Virus record (IMG/VR): IMGVR_UViG_3300028883_000032
Location: 62,001 to 126,000 of that record
Length of the DNA stretch: 64,000 nt
Strand: one strand, 5' to 3'
The notes beneath the pieces are model-generated. The model had not been told where the DNA came from. It worked only from the letters and a program-made list of their open reading frames with translations, and ran no database searches. Both the position numbers and the translations under genes were made by a program. Below are positions 46,736 to 55,628 of this stretch, piece by piece. The number at the start of each line of letters is the position of its first letter. Position 1 is the first letter of the stretch.

Positions 46736-48562
46736 CTACGCTACAGTAGCGTTGGTTTTTCTTACATTTTTTGCACCATGCAACATTGCAATAACTTTGC
46801 TTAATGCACTTATTGCTTCACTAATAGGAGTTGGATCCATATCACGCATTCCCATGCGTACAGAGAGTAATAGGCGTGCCAACTCATTGGCGCATTCTTC
46901 AAATGATGGAAGAAGATCAATAAACTCTTTTATAGTATTTTTGTTCAGAAAATTTAAAGACAGTATTGCGTCTATTGAGTCTGGTGATGGCATCCACGCG
47001 GCTAATTTTACCCAGTAGTCTGTTCCAACCCAATTTTCGTCAAGAGCATCGGCTTCTACCAGTTTTTCAGCTAATTTTTCCAATTTGGGAGGCAAATACA
47101 GGTCATTTTCAACAATCATAACCCTACCATCACGTAAATTAGACATTTTTTCTATCATTTCACCGTCTGCACCACATTGTAGCATAGCCCAAACGGTCTC
47201 TTTCCAAGAATGGTTGCCTTCTCCTAAATTATACCTCTCTGCATATTTTTCAAGGACTGGACTATCCCAATGATACTGATTCTTGCCAAATGCACTAATT
47301 TTGTGTGCTCCAAGGCTTGCACTTTTATAAATTACTTGGTCTTGGTCTAATTTATTGCCCAATTTTACGAAAATTGCATTTCCAGGAACATAATACGCAT
47401 TTTTTTCCGTCTCATGGGGCTCAATGGCATCAAATTCCTTACGAATTACCTCAAATTCAGTATTAAATGGGATGTCATTGGCAGCAACCTTCATTGAATT
47501 GCCTGTTGTAACGACATTTCGCACTTCAAAGGGCTCAGATACACCTAAGTATGATCCACTCTTAGTTTGAATCACAAATAATCCTGTATCCCCCGATTTT
47601 GGCATCACTCCAAGCTCTGCAACTTTTTCATTGGGCTCTTTAGGAACAGAAACCCCAGAAATGTGCATATAATCGCCATTTTCTGTAATAAATAGACTGT
47701 CACCAGTATTTATTGGGAGTGCAATGCCCAACTTATCCATATTTGGATAAACTTCTGCGGTCTTTTCCCTTGGAGCAGTTTTATAAGATGGTAGTTTTAT
47801 TGCTTCTTCTTCTGGAATAGATATTGTTACCGGATCATCCCATTGTGAACAACCAAGAGTGAGTTCCCAATCAAAATTACCTACCTTTTCTACAAAATAG
47901 ATATCCCGCTCTATGTGCTCTGACAATTTTTCATGGGCATCTATATCTTCAACTGCGTGAGCCTTTGCAATTTTGCCAATGGCCTCGGTTGCATCTTCAT
48001 TAGATTCATAAGCCCAACGGGCATTATTGTCTTCCCGTAATACTTGAGCTATGCGCTTTTTATCACTAGTATGGATGCAATCAGCCTCCGCTAACCTATC
48101 AATGCGTTGGCCGGTTTTTACACCATATTCATCTGGTACACCAGCTGCATAGGCCAGGGATCTATCGATTTTTCCATAATTTGCAAAATCTTTGGGGCGA
48201 GGATCAAGTTGCATAAAAGCTGTTGTTCCGCCCATTGTCATATTTATAACTTCCTCATTGAACGGTACAGTTATGCCATCTTGGCGTATAGCAACATCAT
48301 ACGGAGCAATAACACCGCCCTTGATCAACACTGGAACAGAAAAAGGGCCAGCCGTTATTGATCCTACTGCATACCCTTTTTTCGGATCGCGCTCTTTAAA
48401 TCTGATGTTGATATCCTTGCCCATAAATTGGGGAAACTGGTCGTAAAAATATTCAATAGACTGTTTAGCCCACTCGGAAGGATTGTTACTTACCTTTTTT
48501 GATGCAACTTTAATACGAGACTCAAATAAATTATATTTAGCCCCATTAAATAGGTTATCCAT
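46736..48562 (-). CDS. Large putative head/core protein, K-x-A rich
   Basis: Own promoter (48602-48631), GAGG SD; about ten K-x-A sites in linker-like segments. Confidence 0.55.
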   Translation of the reverse strand: MDNLFNGAKYNLFESRIKVASKKVSNNPSEWAKQSIEYFYDQFPQFMGKDINIRFKERDPKKGYAVGSITAGPFSVPVLIKGGVIAPYDVAIRQDGITVPFNEEVINMTMGGTTAFMQLDPRPKDFANYGKIDRSLAYAAGVPDEYGVKTGQRIDRLAEADCIHTSDKKRIAQVLREDNNARWAYESNEDATEAIGKIAKAHAVEDIDAHEKLSEHIERDIYFVEKVGNFDWELTLGCSQWDDPVTISIPEEEAIKLPSYKTAPREKTAEVYPNMDKLGIALPINTGDSLFITENGDYMHISGVSVPKEPNEKVAELGVMPKSGDTGLFVIQTKSGSYLGVSEPFEVRNVVTTGNSMKVAANDIPFNTEFEVIRKEFDAIEPHETEKNAYYVPGNAIFVKLGNKLDQDQVIYKSASLGAHKISAFGKNQYHWDSPVLEKYAERYNLGEGNHSWKETVWAMLQCGADGEMIEKMSNLRDGRVMIVENDLYLPPKLEKLAEKLVEADALDENWVGTDYWVKLAAWMPSPDSIDAILSLNFLNKNTIKEFIDLLPSFEECANELARLLLSVRMGMRDMDPTPISEAISALSKVIAMLHGAKNVRKTNATVA

Positions 48563-48682
48563 TGAGGTACCTCTTTTTAGTTATAAATCCGGATTCAATA
48601 CAATATAACACATTTATCCACCATTTGTCAAGTCTAATATTTGGAATAAGAATGTAACATTAACAATACTAGGGGGAACATC

Positions 48683-48922
48683 ATGCTAGTGAAGATCGGT
48701 AGTTTTAACTACCATGTTAAATCTGGCTGCTCCATAAGAAGTGGTTTAGACATCGCATCTTCCTGCGGTTTCTCGCTTGTTGGTGACGGGTTTGAGTTGA
48801 TTCGAGACGGTAAAAAAGTGCAGGTCTCAAGCGGAGAGGACAACCTACATGACGGAGACATGATAAATATATTCAACACTTTCGAGCGACTGTTGGAGTC
48901 CACAATATCTTACTATGAGTAA
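48683..48922 (+). CDS. Possible ubiquitin-like (beta-grasp) small protein
   Basis: GGAATAAGAA box; FELIRDGKKV..LHDGDMINIF pattern; no C-terminal GG. Confidence 0.35.
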   Translation: MLVKIGSFNYHVKSGCSIRSGLDIASSCGFSLVGDGFELIRDGKKVQVSSGEDNLHDGDMINIFNTFERLLESTISYYE

Positions 48923-49595
48923 ATTGGGGGATACCATGTTTTCGGCAAAGTGTATGCAGTGTGGGAGGTGCTGTAAAGGGTACGTTGTACCAGCTGGCGA
49001 AATACCCATCAATGTAAATAACAAAAGAAGTAGGTACAGCAATGGTTTTTGGTTGGAGGGGATAGGGAAAGCGTGTCCTCATTTAGACGAGAACAATCAA
49101 TGCCTACTCCATAACAACCATAAACCTAGCATATGTAAAAACTTCGCATGTCAAATGCCGCAGAATCCCTATATTGTAACAAAAACTATATTACTAGTTG
49201 GAGATGGGGCGATCCGACTGGCGGAAGACCATCAAATAAAATACGGTATTGAGTCACTGCTTAGCTATCCACACGTAGTTACTACGTTGAATAGCAAACA
49301 GGTGGGGAGAAGGCATCTATACCAATATATGGAAGAGGAATGCAGTACTGTGAGTTTAATAGTATGTTCTTTGGCTAATAGAATAAGACAGATAGCAAGG
49401 AGGCTGCTCATACTGGAATCTTATGGGCAACCTATATACTTAGTAGGAAAAAGTGATGTCTCTTCCTACCACGTGTTCAAAACACCGGTACATGTCATAG
49501 AAAAGTGGAGAGACATATTCCTTACTCCTTCGGTACTAAATACTCCTGGAGATTACTGCCACGACCCAGACAGGTACAGAGATATCTATAAATAA
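48915..49595 (+). CDS. YkgJ-like CxxCxxCC metal-cluster domain fused to unknown domain
   Basis: CMQCGRCC, CPHLDENNQCLLH..KPSICKNFAC. Confidence 0.75.
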   Translation: MSKLGDTMFSAKCMQCGRCCKGYVVPAGEIPINVNNKRSRYSNGFWLEGIGKACPHLDENNQCLLHNNHKPSICKNFACQMPQNPYIVTKTILLVGDGAIRLAEDHQIKYGIESLLSYPHVVTTLNSKQVGRRHLYQYMEEECSTVSLIVCSLANRIRQIARRLLILESYGQPIYLVGKSDVSSYHVFKTPVHVIEKWRDIFLTPSVLNTPGDYCHDPDRYRDIYK

Positions 49596-49672
49596 AGCCC
49601 AAATGGGGCTTTATTTTTACTCCAAAATGGCATAAGAATAAGAGAGTATACTACTACCAAAAGGAGAGGGAC

Positions 49673-50398
49673 ATGACAACCTACGACCGCGACTTGAAAA
49701 AAGCTGTAGCCAGTAGTAAAGAAGCCATCGCCCACATTATGAAGCTCAATGGCCTAAAGACACTCGATGAATTAGCACTACAGTTGGGGATAAGCAAAAG
49801 CTATGCTTACACGCTTTCAAAAGGTATTTTGATGCTGAGCATTCCGCTTATCGACCGAATCGATTCAAGTCTTACTGTGGATGACACCGCGATCAACCTA
49901 TTGTTATCTGTTCAAACTTTTAAGGAGTCATATAATGGGCGACAGAGTGTGAAAAACCAAAAAGGTGGTTCCGGAGTTGTAGCAGATAGTCCGATATCAA
50001 ACATACTTGATGCCTTAAAACGCATCAACAAATGGACCTGGGCAGAACTTGCAAAGAAAGCAAAGGTATCCAGTGTAACCATTGATAGGTGGGTTAAAAT
50101 GGGCCCACCCCCGTCTCTAAAAAAAGAGGCCTTAATACCATTGATAACCTATTGCACTTCCAACCACCATCTTCGAGAATATGGCGAACGCCTCGAACAA
50201 GCTTTTCTTGATTTTAAAGGATTGCCTAAAATTGAAGAAGAAGTGCGGCCTATGGTGGGATTACCAGAAATCACGGTTGGTATTACAAACTGCAAACCCG
50301 TGGAGTCTGTAATCGGTGAGGTGACCATTATGGGGAAGAAATACAAAGTAGTAGAAATTAAAACGTATGAATTGAGAGGAGGGGACGATGGGAACTAA
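49673..50398 (+). CDS. Tandem XRE-like HTH transcription regulator
   Basis: TLDELALQLGISKSYAY and TWAELAKKAKVSSVTIDRW. Confidence 0.8.
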   Translation: MTTYDRDLKKAVASSKEAIAHIMKLNGLKTLDELALQLGISKSYAYTLSKGILMLSIPLIDRIDSSLTVDDTAINLLLSVQTFKESYNGRQSVKNQKGGSGVVADSPISNILDALKRINKWTWAELAKKAKVSSVTIDRWVKMGPPPSLKKEALIPLITYCTSNHHLREYGERLEQAFLDFKGLPKIEEEVRPMVGLPEITVGITNCKPVESVIGEVTIMGKKYKVVEIKTYELRGGDDGN

Positions 50399-50903
50399 CA
50401 TTATATTTCTTGACTTCGATGGAGTCATGGGATACTGTGACGTGGAGGAAATGGAATACACTCCACCATGGTGCAGCAGACGAGTTCGTCCCATATTTAA
50501 TACCGGGGCAGTTGAGGCAATACGTGTGTTATGTGAAAGTCTTAAAGACATACGATTTGTCTTAAGCACCACATGGAGACTGGAGATACGCCCCGGTTAC
50601 GAGCCACATTTTATGCGGTGGTACTGCAACTTCCCACAAGAACTATCTGTACGTTTCGTGGGAAGTACACCCAACTTCCTAGACCAATCCCGAGACGAAG
50701 AAATATCCTCTTGGTTAACACATACAACATTCAATGTATCGTCGTGGGTATGTATCAACCACGCTACGTTGAATACTACCCACCTGTACAAAATACCGGG
50801 GGAAGGCCGGTATTTATGTGTAGACGATACCCCAAAGATACTTGAAATGTTGAAACTTGATCCACAGATCAAGTTTGGAGTTTTTGGGAACATAAAACAA
50901 TAG
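50388..50903 (+). CDS. HAD-family protein (Swiss-Army-knife RNA-repair-like, HAD_SAK_2)
   Basis: IIFLDFDGV, LSTTWR, GSTP..RDEEISSWL; motif IV degenerate. Confidence 0.7.
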   Translation: MGTNIIFLDFDGVMGYCDVEEMEYTPPWCSRRVRPIFNTGAVEAIRVLCESLKDIRFVLSTTWRLEIRPGYEPHFMRWYCNFPQELSVRFVGSTPNFLDQSRDEEISSWLTHTTFNVSSWVCINHATLNTTHLYKIPGEGRYLCVDDTPKILEMLKLDPQIKFGVFGNIKQ

Positions 50904-50923
50904 CCCACTAATGTGGGCTTTTT

Positions 50924-51385
50924 TTAACCGTAAAATGTCATGTATAAACAGTATCTTTTGTTGGAGTTGTATGCCTTTCCTGCATTTACCAGCCGTCTAA
51001 CAAATTTGGGTAAATCCTTTGAAACACGCCTTGCCTTACTTGCTGGCCTAATTTTTTCTTCACCTGCTACTCCTCGGTTTTCAGCACGAATTAACCTTGT
51101 ACCACAAAGTCTGTCATCAACACTATCGTCACATAGTGACACATTAGCCCTTGGGTGCGGGCTATCTTTGTGATATTTCTCCAACGCATCTGTTATATGC
51201 GTGGGCGTTTTAGGTTGTATTGTTTTCCCCAAAGTATCTCCCTCCATGCCTAAATCCTTAATAAAATCTTCAACAGAGTCATATGTAATATGATGCATCC
51301 CCTTGACTCCTGGGACACGATTCATAAACTCATCAAGATTTTCTTGAACACACCCCACCGCAATTTTACTTACTTTTTCACTCAT
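50924..51385 (-). CDS. hypothetical protein
   Basis: SKIAV N-terminus; - strand operon. Confidence 0.6.
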   Translation of the reverse strand: MSEKVSKIAVGCVQENLDEFMNRVPGVKGMHHITYDSVEDFIKDLGMEGDTLGKTIQPKTPTHITDALEKYHKDSPHPRANVSLCDDSVDDRLCGTRLIRAENRGVAGEEKIRPASKARRVSKDLPKFVRRLVNAGKAYNSNKRYCLYMTFYG

Positions 51386-51394
51386 GATATTATA

Positions 51395-51724
51395 TTACTC
51401 CGTAAATTGTCCAACTAATCCATAACCTTCTCGCAAAAAGTTACGCAACCCTTCTGTATCAGTATCTCCTCCGAGTTTGGACTTTAGTGCGTAGGCGATG
51501 GATACAATTGCCACACTTACTGCTTGTTTTATCATGTCCTCCCTATCACTAGGGTCTATATCCCAACGATCGGGAACTTTGAATTTCTTTTTAGTTACTG
51601 TTGAATCGACCCAATTGCCATTACGATACACTTTTGTATCTTCAGTTGATGTTTGCATTAATGTATTTCTAGCATAATCAAAAGCTGCGTCAATAATAGG
51701 ATTCATGGATGTGGCTTGTGACAT
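51395..51724 (-). CDS. hypothetical protein
   Basis: ORF in baseplate block. Confidence 0.6.
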   Translation of the reverse strand: MSQATSMNPIIDAAFDYARNTLMQTSTEDTKVYRNGNWVDSTVTKKKFKVPDRWDIDPSDREDMIKQAVSVAIVSIAYALKSKLGGDTDTEGLRNFLREGYGLVGQFTE

Positions 51725-52182
51725 TATAAAATGCCTCCTGTTGAATTAGTAACAACAATAGGCGCAGCGGGTATTGGTGGCAATGGTGGGCCACTCGGGG
51801 TATTTGGGCCGGTTAAAATGCTTGCCGATACTTGTGCACCTGTTATGTTAATTGTTAAATTATCAAGTATGTACTGTATAGTTAGTTCAGCCTGTTTGGC
51901 ACACGCAGATTTGGTAGCCAACATACACGCCTCGGCGATAGCTCTTGGCATTGACTGATCAGTAAAATTGGCTGGCACATCAATGGCGCCTGTAGGTGTG
52001 TACACAGGATCTACACCAGATTGAGTTGCCGGTTGATTTTGGCCTGTGCTAAAATTGTATCTAGAAAATGTGCGATCTTCCCTGCTCCATCTTTCGGACA
52101 AGGCAGCATTAAACGCGGATTTCCATTCGGCTTCTACTTCTGACGCCACGTTGGCACCATGCTGTTCGGGGACTAAAGGCAT
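51724..52182 (-). CDS. Putative baseplate/spike-associated protein
   Basis: Proline-rich C-terminus; near spike gene. Confidence 0.4.
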   Translation of the reverse strand: MPLVPEQHGANVASEVEAEWKSAFNAALSERWSREDRTFSRYNFSTGQNQPATQSGVDPVYTPTGAIDVPANFTDQSMPRAIAEACMLATKSACAKQAELTIQYILDNLTINITGAQVSASILTGPNTPSGPPLPPIPAAPIVVTNSTGGIL

Positions 52183-52556
52183 TAGTATTCTTCTCTTTCA
52201 TTAAAATCCTCACGTATGCACATAGGTATGTCGTTATATTTTACACTATATGCCATGTTATTGTGTTGCTGTACTTCCCATAGCAACGAAAAGATATCAA
52301 TTTCCTCTTCATCTGGGAATTCACGCTGTAGAGCGTTTGTTAATTTCCAATAAGACACGTATGGTGCCTCTTCCAGACACAATTCAATATATCTCTCCAA
52401 ATAGTTCAATATAGCATCATGCCGTGCATCATACTTTCGATATTCAATATTATCCTTAACCACCCTGAACCTCATTCGCATACGCCCTAATAGCATCCAT
52501 ATAAGGGTCATTCCACCCGCTCTTACCACCAAATATTTCTTGCTGAAAACTAGCAT
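52182..52556 (-). CDS. hypothetical protein
   Basis: ORF; true start probably internal. Confidence 0.5.
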   Translation of the reverse strand: MLVFSKKYLVVRAGGMTLIWMLLGRMRMRFRVVKDNIEYRKYDARHDAILNYLERYIELCLEEAPYVSYWKLTNALQREFPDEEEIDIFSLLWEVQQHNNMAYSVKYNDIPMCIREDFNEREEY

Positions 52557-52704
52557 CTACCGCATCTATGAACTTATAGTCTGGATAATCTCCATTATCA
52601 TAAAACTCTACAAGACTCATAACTCTACCAACTAATCCTGGGTATTTGTGTTCGGCATCTTCTAGTATCTTAAATACTCGATCTTTTACTTCTTTAGATA
52701 TCAC
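52456..52704 (-). CDS. hypothetical protein
   Basis: Directly follows spike gene. Confidence 0.55.
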   Translation of the reverse strand: MISKEVKDRVFKILEDAEHKYPGLVGRVMSLVEFYDNGDYPDYKFIDAVDASFQQEIFGGKSGWNDPYMDAIRAYANEVQGG

Positions 52705-53673
52705 TTATTCACCTTTGGTTGTTACTGTGTGCCAATTCTCGGAGCCACGAGTTGTTAAGGCATTTGGCACAATTGGTAACAATGGCGCCCCTGTAGGTGC
52801 CCCATTATTTCCATTACTATGGGTATGATTGGCAACCCATTGGTCGTGGTAATTCTTTGTTAGTAGTTCTTGTTCGAATCCCTTACCACCTAGATTAATA
52901 TTCATAGCATCGTTATTTACTGTAAGTGTGGTATTTCCTGTTTCGGCCATGTCTAGAATTGCTGCACCGGCATTCACATCTACATTTAAGGATTTGGCAG
53001 TTGTGATTGAGATTGAACCGTCGTGAGATACGTTAATTACTGTTTTACCGTCATTTATATCAACTCTAGTAGCAAAGTCTTCCCCTAGTATTTCAGTTTT
53101 TATTTGGTTGGGACCGTTTTCATCACGCATGGTTGCCTGTAGATAGTTACCAAGAGTTCCGTCATTACCAAGACGTACTTCAGTTTTATATGTCCCCTTC
53201 TTTTCACCGGACTTTGCACTGCGTTGTTCAAAAAATAACATTCTACCTTGTTCAACAGAACTTTCCGAAGTACCGCTGTCAACAGAATGCTGTGACGCTG
53301 AATCTGCTAGTCTCAATGAAACTCTGTCTCCGTAGTAGTCGCCATTGACCCCATCATCCGCGTCTATGGCCTTTGACATTGACCCAACTATCTCCATTGG
53401 GCTTGCCCAACCACGTGTGACCAAGAAAGACCAAAATGATTTATTTCCTTCTCTTTGCCAAGACCACTTAAAGTGTCCACCGCCTCTAAATGTAGCTAAA
53501 AAATCTAAAAGTTTTACTTTTACGGATTGAGTTACTTTATTTACAATAAAATCAGTCCATTGATTATACATCCACCTATGTAGCCCTATCGCACGATGCA
53601 ATATTTCGGTGCCATCTGTCATGGCTACATGCTTGTCACCTGGCCCGAGGTCTGGTTTTTTAAAATTAGACAT
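52705..53673 (-). CDS. Baseplate central spike (gpV/gp138-like)
   Basis: LGPGDK..DGTEIL OB-like start, beta-helix repeats, apex HTH(S)NGN..GAPTG (HxH metal site). Confidence 0.65.
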   Translation of the reverse strand: MSNFKKPDLGPGDKHVAMTDGTEILHRAIGLHRWMYNQWTDFIVNKVTQSVKVKLLDFLATFRGGGHFKWSWQREGNKSFWSFLVTRGWASPMEIVGSMSKAIDADDGVNGDYYGDRVSLRLADSASQHSVDSGTSESSVEQGRMLFFEQRSAKSGEKKGTYKTEVRLGNDGTLGNYLQATMRDENGPNQIKTEILGEDFATRVDINDGKTVINVSHDGSISITTAKSLNVDVNAGAAILDMAETGNTTLTVNNDAMNINLGGKGFEQELLTKNYHDQWVANHTHSNGNNGAPTGAPLLPIVPNALTTRGSENWHTVTTKGE

Positions 53674-53999
53674 TACAGATACACTCCAGATGTAGATATT
53701 AGACTAATGAATCCCAGTATGTATGCGTGTTGTATTATATTGTGTGGCCCAACTTCAAACGCCACTAAACACGGAGTTTCACGGGGAACAACCACTGTCT
53801 CTCCGCCGACAGTACTTAACCAAGGTTCTGGTCTAACAAGTCTGGCTTCAATACCCTTATCCCTCGGACCAAATGCAGCAAGTTCATCCTCGTTTATTGG
53901 TTTGATCCAGTAACGACTGGTTTCAGGTTCAGAAGAAGCCACTTTCCACACTTTAATGGGGTATTTAAATTCTACTTGCCCATCTTCATAACTAAACAT
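53673..53999 (-). CDS. Putative baseplate OB-fold protein
   Basis: VVPRE.TPCLVAFE..AYILGF pattern. Confidence 0.4.
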   Translation of the reverse strand: MFSYEDGQVEFKYPIKVWKVASSEPETSRYWIKPINEDELAAFGPRDKGIEARLVRPEPWLSTVGGETVVVPRETPCLVAFEVGPHNIIQHAYILGFISLISTSGVYL

Positions 54000-54063
54000 T
54001 ATTTGCTCTCCATTTTGGAATAAGAATATAGCAGCATATCATACAACCCCAGGAGGTAGAGAC

Positions 54064-54588
54064 ATGGTATTGGCATTGCTTATTATTGGCGCCCTGCTCC
54101 TTCTGGGAGCGGGTATTGGTTTCAGTAAAGAGTTTCATAGATACGTGTCAACTATGATACTCCTAGGTGTCATGTTGGCCTCTGTGTATCTGGCCATTCT
54201 TGGTACCATTGCGTATCAAAAAGAGTCCCTGCTATCCATGAATGACAATACCGTGGAGGCCATCAAAGTAATAATAAATACCATACCACAAGACGCATAC
54301 ATTGATAGTTCTTTTGTTATTCATGTAGCTGAAGACTATCCTGATAATATCGCCGAGGCACTTCAAGCCGCGGTTCTTGAGTACAAAACTCGAGAAAAAA
54401 TACTTGATAAAATGGAATCACCAGTACCAATAATATTCCCTTGGATACTACCCTCAAGAAATAGTGCCTCTATAATTATACATAAAGGTGATGCTGATTT
54501 CAATGCTAACTCACCATCTATTCCCCCAACTCCACTAGAAAACGTAACACAAGATACATGTGGCAAGTTAGATCAAAGTTTCCGGTGA
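54064..54588 (+). CDS. Island membrane protein (two N-terminal TM helices)
   Basis: GGAATAAGAA box at 54017, AGGAGG SD. Confidence 0.75.
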   Translation: MVLALLIIGALLLLGAGIGFSKEFHRYVSTMILLGVMLASVYLAILGTIAYQKESLLSMNDNTVEAIKVIINTIPQDAYIDSSFVIHVAEDYPDNIAEALQAAVLEYKTREKILDKMESPVPIIFPWILPSRNSASIIIHKGDADFNANSPSIPPTPLENVTQDTCGKLDQSFR

Positions 54589-55150
54589 CTTCTGCCCCAA
54601 CCCTCTAGGGTTGGGGATAGGCCTCGGAGGTCCTCCCAGAAGCGTGTACCCCGATCCTTGGATTGGTCTCGCCAATTTAAGAGGCGGAAGATCGCCCAGA
54701 CACTGGGAAATGGGGTTAGAATCCCCGCTTGCCTCACCATCGGGAAGTAGCTCAGGTCCGTAAGAGCACCACCCAACGGGGGTGGAGGTCCTTGGTTCAA
54801 ATCCAAGCTTCCCGGCAATACCACCATCGTGGGTGAAAAGCCCACTACAACCAGCAGTATGGCACCGTGTGGAACTTAGTGAAGCAGGGTGTCATTAACA
54901 TACTAGTGTCGATGACGTGCCGATAAGCATGCAATGGTAGACCCCCTACCGTCTGTCATTGTGTGGAATAACGGTGACATCCTAATACCAGTTATAAAGC
55001 CAGCTGGGGCAACACTAGTAACGACTCCCAGACCACAATGGCCTTAATACTGATGCCGGACCAGATTCGGTGGTTGATCATCGAGGTCGCGCTACCACAG
55101 TTTAAGCCTCCCGGACGTGAGTCGACCGGGTGTGGGGTAGGAAAACTCCC
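54589..55150 (+). ncRNA. Large ornate structured RNA candidate with tRNA-like modules
   Basis: GC-rich, no credible ORF, more than 12 helices, crossing long-range pairings, complementary loops TACTAGTGT (54901) and ACACTAGTA (55012). Confidence 0.65.
54741..54815 (+). tRNA. Atypical tRNA-Pro-like element with aberrant anticodon loop CAACGGG
   Basis: CGGGAAG/CTTCCCG acceptor, GCTC/GAGC D stem, CCACC/GGTGG stem, CTTGG-TTCAAAT-CCAAG; lacks U33, D-loop GG and adjacent CCA. Confidence 0.6.
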
Positions 55151-55156
55151 ATGTTT

Positions 55157-55191
55157 CGCCCTCTTCGCACATTGTGCGGAAAGGGCGTTTT
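55157..55191 (+). terminator. Intrinsic terminator ending RNA island
   Basis: CGCCCT..TTCGCAC-ATT-GTGCGGAA..AGGGCG-TTTT. Confidence 0.75.
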
Positions 55192-55501
55192 ATTTAGCCC
55201 TAATTTTCCTTACTTCTTCTCGTACACGGTAGAATGTTAGTAGTTCTTCGTATTGTTCTGCGTCTACCCCGAGGAACTCTATAAGATTTTCTTGTGTTTC
55301 TGCCCACTCCAAGAGTTTTTGGGGAGTAATCTCGTCTCCACTAGGAGTACAGATGGGTATGGTTACAATGTCATCCCTGTCCCTATCTCTATACATCTTT
55401 AGAGCTTGTTCGACTACCCAACTTTTGGTTTGATAGTTGTCAGTAACCGAGTCTAACCAGTCACTTAAGCTATCACTTAATGTTATTGTGTGTCTAGCCA
55501 T
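55190..55501 (-). CDS. Ribbon-helix-helix DNA-binding protein
   Basis: MARHTITLSDSLSDWLDSV..TKSWVVEQAL. Confidence 0.7.
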   Translation of the reverse strand: MARHTITLSDSLSDWLDSVTDNYQTKSWVVEQALKMYRDRDRDDIVTIPICTPSGDEITPQKLLEWAETQENLIEFLGVDAEQYEELLTFYRVREEVRKIRAK

Positions 55502-55628
55502 GACTCGCACAGAAGGAAGTAATCCATTTTTCTATCAAAGCAGACATACTATACCCGTGTTCTTTACATACTGCCCTGAATGTTGCCATGATCTCTTTTG
55601 ATACAGAGAAGTTAACTCGTATTTTCAT
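55494..55628 (-). CDS. Ribbon-helix-helix micro-protein (44 aa, not in ORF track)
   Basis: GAGG SD; MKIRVNFSVSKEIMATFRAVCKEHGYSMSALIEKWITSFCASHG. Confidence 0.75.
   Translation of the reverse strand: MKIRVNFSVSKEIMATFRAVCKEHGYSMSALIEKWITSFCASHG

Noticed and set aside
46736-48562. Portal protein call
   Set aside because: No recognisable portal motifs, far from TerL, and many putative cleavage sites; left as a head-associated unknown
54589-54739. tmRNA or tRNA-Sec identity for the CCA-ending element
   Set aside because: No G3-U70 Ala identity, no GGATTCGAC-like 5' end, no tag ORF, and too short for Sec arms
54573-55232. ORFs 54573-54845 (-) and 55038-55232 (+)
   Set aside because: Pro/Gly-rich readings of GC-rich RNA helices and the tRNA-like element; no SD
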